This document shows, one piece after another, positions 12,500 to 21,500 of a stretch of DNA of 64,000 nucleotides (its first letter is position 1; every line of letters begins with the position of its first letter). This DNA comes from Azolla caroliniana (lineage: Eukaryota; Plantae; Polypodiophyta). The stretch lies in contig JBHGNT010000002.1 of assembly GCA_043228905.1 (NCBI GenBank), forward strand, positions 14,012,001 through 14,076,000. Direction: 5' to 3'. A program made the translations under genes and the position numbers. The notes under the pieces were generated by a model, which was given only the letters and a program-made list of their open reading frames with translations, made no database searches and had not been told where the DNA came from.

Positions 12500-14603
12500 C
12501 TAGGTTTCCTCCGATCGGTTTTCTCTCTCGTCCGAGTTGGCTATCTCCAACTCGTCTTCGGTCTTCTTGCCCTTGATGGCTTCGTCTTCCCCACACTTGG
12601 TTGCCTTCGGCTCTTCCTTTCGACTGCACCCCTTGTGTCCACTTTCAGAATCTTCCGTGGATCCGCCCTCGGCTTCTTCAGCCGTTCCGAAATCGAATTC
12701 GTCATCCGACTCGGCGTCACGGTCTTTTTCGCTCCTTTCCTGCTCCTGTCCATGGTCATCATGGACATCTCTCCCCCTCAAGTTCGGCACGTCGAGGTGA
12801 CACAACCCAAGCGCACCCAAGAATTGCCGCAACTTGTCCAAACCAAGAGGCTTGGTGAAGATGTCGATGGTCTGCCGATCCATCGGAACATACTAAAGTT
12901 CGACTTCACCGGAGAGAACACGCTCACGGATGAAATGGTAGTGCACCTCAATGTGCTTAGTCCGAGTGTGGAAAACGGGGTTCTTTGCGAGTTGGATACT
13001 GTTGAGGTTGTCAAAGTAGATTGTTGTTGGATCGGAAACCAAGGTCGGCGTCGATGATGAACAAATCATCAACATAAAGTAAGATACTAACCGGCCCAAG
13101 TCGACCTCTCCAAATGAACAGTGAGGAGTCCAATTTTGACGTCGCAAAGCCCAACCGACGCAATCGTTGCGTGATCTTCACGTTCCAGGCACACGGGGCT
13201 TGCTTTAGTCTGTAAAGGGACTTCTACAATCGGCACACTGCCGAAGTGGTCGCTCCGGAGTGAAATCCGGGGGGATGTACCATGTACACTTGTTCCTCAA
13301 GCTCACCTTGCAGGAACGCATTCCTTACATCCTTCTGATGTAAGTGCCACCCCTTTGCCGCAACTACCGCGAGCAAAAATGGACGGTTGTCATCTTCGTG
13401 ACCGTCGCAAATGTCTCATCGTAGTCGATGACGTGTTTCTACACGTAACCTTTCGCTACTAACCGGGCCTTGTATCGGTTGACCGAGCCGTCGGTGTTGT
13501 ACTTGACCTTGTACACCCACCTACATCTGATCGGCTTCACACCTTTCAGTGCGTCAACCAAGTCCCAGGTTTCATTCTCCGCCAATGCGCGAATCCCTTC
13601 CTCCATTGCGGCATGCCAATTCGCTTCCTTCGCAGCTTCTGCGTAGCTCTCCGGGTCACAGACTTCTGCTACACACGTCATGTACGCATAATGATGCACC
13701 ATGTACTCATTGTAACCGAACCGCACAACAAGGTTCTTCTGGAGGGTAGATCGGTGTAATTGCTCATTAGCCGATGTTGAGGCTTTCATGGCCGACCCGG
13801 ACTTCCCTCTCAAAGACCCGTCGTCACTTCCCTCAAACTTGGACTCGCGTCGATCCGACTCGTTCCTATCCGTGCCGTAATCTGACACCTTCTTCTTCCC
13901 TTTTTCTTTGCGCGTAAGCCGTCTCCTCAGCTTCCTATGCGGGGAATGCACGGTCGAGTCTCCACTACTCACTAGCTCCTCATTGGACTGGTTGAAGCGA
14001 CTCAGGTGTCCATTCGGTCCGCTTAACCGAAATGAAATCGGACTCTCTTCCCAGGTCCTGATTTCAGGCTCATCCGAAGGCATCTCGGCCTCGCTGACCT
14101 CATCATCAGAACTCGGATTGGAGGTGAGGTCCAAAGTAGGAGGCAAGTACGAGGACGCGGACTCGTCAAACACAATGTTGCGGCTCACGCGCGCTTGTTT
14201 GGTGCGAGGGTTATAACACTTATAACCCTTCTGCTCGTGAGAGTAGCTGAGCAAGATACACTTCTCGGCTTTCGCGTTCAACTTCCTCTTTTCCTCCTTC
14301 GGTACATGCACATACGCGATGCTACTGAAAACTCTCAAGTGTCGTAGATTCGGCTTCTTTCCGAAATACTTCTCATGTGCCGACACTTTGTCTCCGATCC
14401 GATTCTGGATGTATACTGCGGTTCGTACCGCCTCGGCCCAATAGAACTTGGGAAAGCTCTTCTCCTCTAGCATTGCCAGTGCTGCTTCTACAATTGACCG
14501 ATTCTTCCTCTCGGCCACGCAGTTTTGCTTCGGCATGTATCTACAGCTGAATTCGCGTTGAATTCCCATCTGTTGCAGATAGCCGTTGAATTGACCAGAA
14601 AAG
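12500..14603 (-). pseudogene. Copia E integrase, RT and RNase H remnants
   Basis: PKQNCVAERKNRSIVE, KCILLSYS...KGYKCYNP, RYKARLVAKGY, KHIEVHYHFIRE; large RT-RH deletion near 13045. Confidence 0.9.
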
Positions 14604-14974
14604 TGTTGTATGTATGGCTGGACTAGCCGCAACACAGGTGTCTATCCGACACTTCTCCAAAGGGGTGGTAGGGATAGGATGTTAATACACGCGTATGATA
14701 ATTACACTTAAGCACAGACGAAGACAAGATTAATCAGCATAAGCAAAACTATATTAATTCTTCGCGCTTTCATTACAAAACATCGGATCCTTTTATAGGC
14801 ATCCGGCCAGATTACAATCGGTGCTCGGTAGGCAACCGTTAACCGAAACCGAATCGGTTCGGATCCGGATCGGTTACAACTACCGGATCCGTCCCTCCTA
14901 ATAATTCTATTCCTATTTCTATACTTATCCGATCCGACCTTGCTTTCCCATTTGCCTTCTCTGACCGGCCAACA
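14604..14974 (-). repeat. 3' LTR of F (371 bp)
   Basis: tgttg...ccaaca; identical by eye to the two 5' copies. Confidence 0.97.
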
Positions 14975-14976
14975 CA

Positions 14977-15017
14977 TGGCACGCCCGTGGGAAAGTGCAT
15001 TGCACTTCGAACCCACA
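14977..15017 (-). promoter_or_regulatory. tRNA-Arg 3'-half-like sequence ending CCA at the PPT position (inverted second PBS)
   Basis: Element sense TGTGGGTTCGA-AGTGCAATGCACT-TTCCCACGGGCGTGCCA-TG-LTR; no purine tract; homologue at 40117-40157. Confidence 0.7.
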
Positions 15018-15024
15018 GCCGGCT

Positions 15025-16383
15025 TCAGTCTTCCTCCAAATTATCCAGCAAACTCCGCTCAGAGGTTTCAAGTGTTGTTTTGCCTGCGCCGTCTCCGACT
15101 TCCGATTGGATTGGCTGCCTTTTCGCATCTTGCTGCTCCGACTCTGCTTCTACCGGTAGTACCGGTGTTTCTTCTGTATCCTGTCCGGGTCTGTCCTGCT
15201 CCACCTCCGTTCCGTTCCCGGTATCGCTCTCTCCGGTTTCCACTGGCTGTGTCCTTTCCTCCCCAGATTCGGTACTTCTCTGTCTCCACTCTGCATTATC
15301 CCCGGCATCAACCTGCTCTTGCTCCGGAAGTTCTTCCTCGGGTAATTCTTGTCGGGGTGCATTGTTGGTTGGGTCCTCTTCAGCCGGTCGCTCGCCCTCA
15401 CTAATGGAGATCGGCGTTGTGTGTCCCTCGGCTTCCTGTCGCAGTCGGTCCTTCTCGTACCCTTCCAATTCTAGTTGGGTTTCGAGCTGCCCGTCATCCA
15501 ACCTCTCTACTAACCCTCGGATTTCCTTGAGATGCTCTTCTGCTAGAGCATAGAAATCTTCCGACAATTCTTCCCGGATGTTGACGATACTTTCTTCGTC
15601 CATTTTATAGAACCCATCTCCAGTTTTCTTCCGATTTTCTGCATCAGCTCGGAGTGTCTGCAGTTCAGCTGCCTGTTGTGCCCATTCCTTCCAGAGTTTC
15701 TCCGTGCTTTCATTTATGCTGGCCTGAGCTCGGGTACTCCAGCTTGACATGATGAACTTAATTCGGTCAACCCCTGCTTTAGCCTGTTCCACAGCTGCTT
15801 GTTTTTCCTTCCTTATCCGTTTGATGATGTCGGCCATTAACTGAGCTTGAGCTTCAGAGTCGACTTTTTGCTTGTCACAGGTACTCCGCCATTTGTTGAT
15901 TTCGAAAGTCAACTTCACTTTCTCCTCATTCCTGCTCTTTGTCAGCTCCCCTACTTTCTGCCGAAGTACTTCCATCTCCTTTCTTTGTTCCGACGTCAAG
16001 GTCTTCTCCGCCGATACTTCCTCCCTTGCTTTGGACAATTCCAAGCGGTTTTCCTTGAGCTGCTCTTTCAGCTTCTCTATCTGTCGGTCGTACGTTGCTG
16101 CCTGATTCTTGATGTCCGACGTGGCCTGTTTATAATCCTTACATAGTCTGTCGAATTCCTCCGTCTTCTGTTTTAGGCGTCGGTTCGCCTGATCTCGCAA
16201 CCGATCATCCCGGTCCTTTTGTTGTCGGAGTTCCTCTCGCAACCGCTCGATTTCTTGCTCCATTCGTCGGCGCAGCCTATCTTTTTCCTTTTGCAGTGTC
16301 CCGTTTTCTTCTTGTAGTCGGTCATTGGTGGCTTGGCTTCGGCGAAGGCCTTCCTCCATTCGCCGTCTGTCGTCTTCTACCAA
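15025..16383 (-). CDS. Extra ORF, C-terminal part: long coiled coil plus conserved WAQQAAELQTL...FYKMD block
   Basis: In frame with 16390-18186 across one TAG; homologous to A 11380-11813 and 39238-40105. Confidence 0.75.
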   Translation of the reverse strand: MVEDDRRRMEEGLRRSQATNDRLQEENGTLQKEKDRLRRRMEQEIERLREELRQQKDRDDRLRDQANRRLKQKTEEFDRLCKDYKQATSDIKNQAATYDRQIEKLKEQLKENRLELSKAREEVSAEKTLTSEQRKEMEVLRQKVGELTKSRNEEKVKLTFEINKWRSTCDKQKVDSEAQAQLMADIIKRIRKEKQAAVEQAKAGVDRIKFIMSSWSTRAQASINESTEKLWKEWAQQAAELQTLRADAENRKKTGDGFYKMDEESIVNIREELSEDFYALAEEHLKEIRGLVERLDDGQLETQLELEGYEKDRLRQEAEGHTTPISISEGERPAEEDPTNNAPRQELPEEELPEQEQVDAGDNAEWRQRSTESGEERTQPVETGESDTGNGTEVEQDRPGQDTEETPVLPVEAESEQQDAKRQPIQSEVGDGAGKTTLETSERSLLDNLEED

Positions 16384-16389
16384 CTTCCG

Positions 16390-18186
16390 CTACTCTCTTT
16401 CGTTATCTCTCAATGCCTCCTGAGCCTGTAATTCTTCTTTCAAAGTTGCTATTAACGTCTCGGTCTCAGGGCCGGTTTGCAAGGCCTTCTCCGTTTCTGG
16501 TTCGGCTTGCTTTTCTGATGTCCCGACCGGCTCGGTGCCATCTTGTGCTTGTCGGCTGCCTTCTTTTGCCTGTGCTAGCTCTTCTTGTAGCTCATGTAAT
16601 TGTGCCCGGAGCATGACCATATCCTTAGTCGTCGTCCTATTCACTTCTTCTCTTTGCTCCTCCTCTCTCTCCATCTGGTCTGCTACTCCCGACAACTGCC
16701 CTGACAACCACCTTAGCCATTGTGCCTTTGTTCTGCCTTCGTTGGTGTCAGCAGGCGTGCCTAGCTCCGGCTGTTTTTCCGGCTGTTTCTCTTGTTCCGG
16801 CGCTTGTTCCTTTCTTTGTTCTTCGAACTCCGCCGCCGTCGGTTCCGGTACTGCCGTCTTTGGTGCAGACGAACCTTCATCCTGTGTCGCTTCTGTTCCG
16901 GTTACTGGAGGCGGTTCTTTTACCCGTTGCTGAGTTTCGTCCGCTGTTGGGGTCGGTCTTGTCGCTCGTTTCTCCTTTCCTTGCCTGGGTGGTAGTATTA
17001 ACATCGGTTCGGATGAGTCTTCCTCTGTTTCTGTGTCCTCCGTCGGTGCCACTATTGATTCCTTTACTGGTACCGGTTCCGATTCGAGCGTTACTGGTTC
17101 GGTGTCGGTTTGCCTCTTGCTGGTCTTCTTTGCCAGCTTCTCCTTGCCTTTTTCCGCCTTTTTCTTCTTCGTTGTCGGTTGTTGTTGCTGTTTCTGAGGC
17201 TGCCGTGATGAGCCTTCCTCCCGTTGCTGTCGGGAGGAGTCTTCTTCCCTCGGTTGTCGAGATGAGCCTTCTTTCCGCGGCTGTCGGGATGATCCCTCTT
17301 CTGGCGGCGCTTCTTCTTCCTGTGTCCATCCTGGAGTGTGTTTCTCTAGGATTCGTCGGCGCTTCATGGTTTGCTTCGGGGTAGTCTCCTGCCGACTTCT
17401 TTGCTTGTGCTTGATGGGGGACACCGGTGGGACCAACACTGTTAACCATTGGGATATTCCGGACCATGGCTTCTTCCCTTCCACCAAGTGCTTGATCGCC
17501 TCTTTCAGTCCTTCGGTGATGAAGTGGAGCCAGTCCACCTGCAGGCCTTCGAATGTCGCGGCGACGATCGCTGCTCGATATTTGGCTATGGCTGCCGGAC
17601 GAGGGTTCACGAACCCATACTCCATCAGGGCGCGGGCCACCTCTCCGAACAGCAGGTTTGCTCCGCCCTGTGTGCGATACGCCTTGCTGCTGAGGGAATA
17701 TTCGCCGAAATACTCGAAGAATATTTGGCTCGAGGGTAGCTCTATTGTTTGAAGTCCACCCTCCGCAATCCCGGTGAGCGCTTGTACCGCTCCTTCGGTG
17801 ACTTCTGCCAGGTCCACTACTGTTGCCGCCTGCTCTGGTTCCTTGTGTGGTGGAGCGTCCGCGACCCGCAGCAGCCCTCCTAATCCGTTCTCTGTCAGCC
17901 ATTGGCGCGCTCCTTCCGACAGTGCCATCGCTTCTTCTTCCTCTGCTGCTGCCTGTGGTCTGAGGTCGGGGTGTGGGTGTTCTGCGCGTCGGATCTCGCT
18001 GTCTTGAGCCTGCGTTTGCTTGTGTGAAAATTCGTAAAAAGTGAACCCTTCTCCGGTTCTTCCTTTATATCGTGGCGTTTCCCTGGAGCCGCCTTTTCCT
18101 CTTTTTCGCGCGTGCGTATCTTCTGCCATAATTAGCATGTCACTCTTTAATTCTGGCGTCTGCACGTCCTCTGCCTCGAATAGCAT
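16390..18186 (-). CDS. Extra ORF, N-terminal part: globular domain resembling plant retrotransposon extra-ORF domains, followed by a disordered region
   Basis: 598-aa ORF downstream of pol on the same strand; the start conserved with A is probably MALSE at 17928; no obvious TM segment. Confidence 0.75.
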   Translation of the reverse strand: MLFEAEDVQTPELKSDMLIMAEDTHARKRGKGGSRETPRYKGRTGEGFTFYEFSHKQTQAQDSEIRRAEHPHPDLRPQAAAEEEEAMALSEGARQWLTENGLGGLLRVADAPPHKEPEQAATVVDLAEVTEGAVQALTGIAEGGLQTIELPSSQIFFEYFGEYSLSSKAYRTQGGANLLFGEVARALMEYGFVNPRPAAIAKYRAAIVAATFEGLQVDWLHFITEGLKEAIKHLVEGKKPWSGISQWLTVLVPPVSPIKHKQRSRQETTPKQTMKRRRILEKHTPGWTQEEEAPPEEGSSRQPRKEGSSRQPREEDSSRQQREEGSSRQPQKQQQQPTTKKKKAEKGKEKLAKKTSKRQTDTEPVTLESEPVPVKESIVAPTEDTETEEDSSEPMLILPPRQGKEKRATRPTPTADETQQRVKEPPPVTGTEATQDEGSSAPKTAVPEPTAAEFEEQRKEQAPEQEKQPEKQPELGTPADTNEGRTKAQWLRWLSGQLSGVADQMEREEEQREEVNRTTTKDMVMLRAQLHELQEELAQAKEGSRQAQDGTEPVGTSEKQAEPETEKALQTGPETETLIATLKEELQAQEALRDNERE

Positions 18187-18491
18187 GTCCTATTTTTGGC
18201 GCCTGCGCATGCTCTGTCATGAATAGCATGTCCTATTTTTGGCGCCTGCGCATGCTTTGTCATGAATAGCATGTTTGTCCTTTGCTGCCGCGTGTCATGC
18301 CTGCGCTTCTTTGCCGCGTGTGTCGAATCTCCTACGTGTCTGTCATTATGACTCCTTGATTGCCGCGCGTGTTAAATCTTGTACCTTGGCCACCCACGTT
18401 CTGTGCTTTAAATAGCTCGTGCACCCGTGTGACGGTTGTAACTACTTCCTTCATCATTACATTGATTTCTAACCGTAGTACCACGTCGTCA

Positions 18492-18524
<33 letters not shown>

Positions 18525-18558
18525 TATTTTATTTTATTTTTTTAATCCATGTGCCTCA

Positions 18559-21500
18559 TCATTGTTCGGTTCCCCCCGATGTGTTCGGGTCGGTGCGTAC
18601 TGTTGTCGGTTCCTCGTTGTTACGCGTCGGTGTCGGTTCCTTGGTCCTTCGTATCTGTGTCGGTTCCTCGCCATTCAGGATGTCCGGGTCTTGCTTGAAG
18701 GGGTTAGCTGGCATGTGCCCCTTATACGGTTTTAGGCGAAAGCCATTTGCCCATTTGCGCACAACTTCTCCTGACAACGTCCCGAGCTGGTAAGACCCAT
18801 TGTACTCCTTTGTGATCCAGAATGGTCCGGTCCACCGAAATCGCAATTTCCCTGGCATGCTCCCCATCCTTGTCTGGAACAGTAATACAGGTTTCCCGAC
18901 CTCGAATTCCTTTTCGTTACCGCGCCGGTGTCGGTCTACAAAGGCTTTCCTCCTCCTTTGCTCTAGTTCTAGCTGTAGCAGGCTGGCTATTCGATTTTCT
19001 TCTAGTTCTAACAGCCTCTTCAGCCGGATTCGTTCGGATTCCTTCTCGCTTAACCGCTCCTTAACCTGTATTCTTAAGCTAGGAATTTGGAATTCTACTG
19101 GCATGACTGCTTCCAAGCCGAATGCCAGTCGGAACGGGGTCGTCCGGATGCTGGTCTTGTACGCCGTTCGGTACGCCCACAGCACGCTCTGCAACTTCGT
19201 GTCCCAGTCGGTCCGGTTCTCATTGACGATTTTTCTAAGGATGTTCTGTAGCGTTTTGTTTGTTGATTCCGCTAATCCGTTGGCTTGAGGGTAGTAGGGA
19301 GTGCTTCGTTTGTGTACTACCGCATAGAATGATGTCAAACTTTCCACCACCTGCCCGAGGAAATGTCCTCCCTGGTCACTGATCAGCTCAATCGGGCATC
19401 CGTACCGACACCATATGCATTCATATAAAAATTTGGCCGTGGACGCCGCCGTGTTGTCCCGTAGTGCCTTTGCTTCTACCCATTTGGTGCAGTAGTCGGT
19501 AGCCACTATTATATACCGATTTCCGGTCCGCATTGCCGGTGGCTTAAAGGGGCCAACAAAGTCCAAGCCCCACTTTTGGAATGGTTCTAATGGCAAGACC
19601 GGATGATGTGGCATCCGGGCCTGCTCCGTGGGTTGGCCCAGTCGTTGACACAGGTCACATTCCCTGCTATACTTAACGGCATCTCTCATGGTAGTCGGCC
19701 ACCATAGTCCGCTCTGCCATATCTTCCGGGCTGTTGTTTCGCCGGCATAATGCCCGCCTGCAATTCCACAGTGGGCTTCCCTCAGGATCAGATCCTTTTC
19801 ATCGCTCCGCACTGCTCGCCTCCATACGCCATCTGCCCCCTTGTGATAGAGGGTGTCTCCTACCAAGCAGAAATGTCTGCTCCGTACTGCCATCCTTTTC
19901 CGTTCGTCTCGGTCCAGGTTTTCCGGGGGAACTCCGGTGCTCAGGAACTGATGCATTTCGGTTAACCATTTGTCTTCGTCCGCTACTGTGGTCTCCGTTG
20001 CAGGTGCCGTCGTGACCTTAAACAGCTCGGCGTCGGGAAATTCGTCCTGTACGCCGTCCCCTGATTCTCCGGATTCTAGTCTGCTCAGGTAGTCTGCTAC
20101 CGCATGCTGCACCCCGGGTCGGTGGAAAATGTCGAATTCGAATTCCTGTAATAGCAGCGTCCACCGTGCGAGTTTTCCTGTTAGGGCTGCCTTTGAGACC
20201 AGGTAGAGTAGTGCCGAGTGGTCAACGTGGAAGGAGAACTTTCGTCCGAGCAGATAGTGCCTGTACTTTGTGACGCTGTACACCATTCCTAATGCCTCTC
20301 GTTCCGTTGTAGAGTAGTTCCGTTCGGCTTTCGAGAGTTTCCTGCTTGCGTAGTACACCGGCCGATACCATTTCGGTTCCGTGAGTTGCATCAAAACACT
20401 GCCGATTGCTACGTCCGACGCGTCGACGAAGACGTGAAAGCTTTTACTCCAGTCCGGCGGCTGCACCACCGGAGCTTGTGACAGCATTACCTTCAACGCT
20501 TGGTAGGCTTTGTCCTCCGTTTCTGTCCATTGGAAAGGTACTCTATGTACAGCAGCGTGTAATGGTGTAGCAAAGTCGGCAAGGTGCCGTATCATCCGAC
20601 TATGCCACCTTATTTGACCAAGGAATCGGCTTAAAGCCTTTGCGCTATTCGGTGCCGGTGCGTCGAGAATTGCTTTTACCTTATCCGGATCTACCGCGAT
20701 TCCTTCCCGACTCACCACGTGGCCTAACAAGTTGCCGCTTGCGACTCCAAAGACGCACTTAGCCGGGTTCAGACTTAATCGGTACTCGCGGCACTTTTCT
20801 AAGCATAGTCGTAGGTGATCGAGATGCTCTCCGTGTCGGCTGTAGACGGCGAAATCGTCTAGGAAGACCTGCATAAAGCCGGGAATAAAATCACCGAAGA
20901 TTTCCATAATTATCCTTTGAAATGTTGCAGGGGCTGTCTTTAATCCGAACATCATCACGACCGCGACGAACACTCCCCATTCCGTCACGAACGCAGTTTT
21001 CTCTTGGTCGGCCGGGTTCATTCGGATTTGGTTGTAGCCGCTGAATCCATCCAGGAAGTTGTAAACTTCGTGGCCGGCCACCGCATCTAGCACTCCGTCC
21101 GTGAATGGTAGTGGAAAAGCGTCGGTTACTGTCGCGGCATTTAGTTTCCTGTAGTCCACACATACCCGGATTTTGCCGTTCTTTTTCGGGACCACCACTA
21201 TCGGGCTTAGCCAGGTTGCCTGCTTGACTGGTCGGATAAATCCGACCCGGAGAAGCTTGTCAATTTCCTCCTTCACCTTTGCCGCATAGTTTGGATTCAT
21301 CCGGTACCGACGTTGGGCGATGGGTTTCGCGTCAGTACTTAGATGAATTTGGTGCTGGTAGAGCTGGGGGTCCAACCCTCGCATGTCTTCGTATGACCAT
21401 GCGAACACGTCCTTGAAAGCCGTTAACAGTGCTACCATTGCCTGTTTCTCCTCCTTCGGCAATTCCTTCGCGACTTTTACCGGTCGGGGTTGTTCTGTTG

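Noticed and set aside
14977-15017. Functional tRNA gene (also 40117-40157 and 34436-34505)
   Set aside because: Only a 3' half with encoded CCA and an interrupted T-loop, or A/B boxes without a convincing cloverleaf.
15025-18186. Retroviral envelope gene
   Set aside because: No signal peptide or transmembrane segment visible; highly charged coiled coil.
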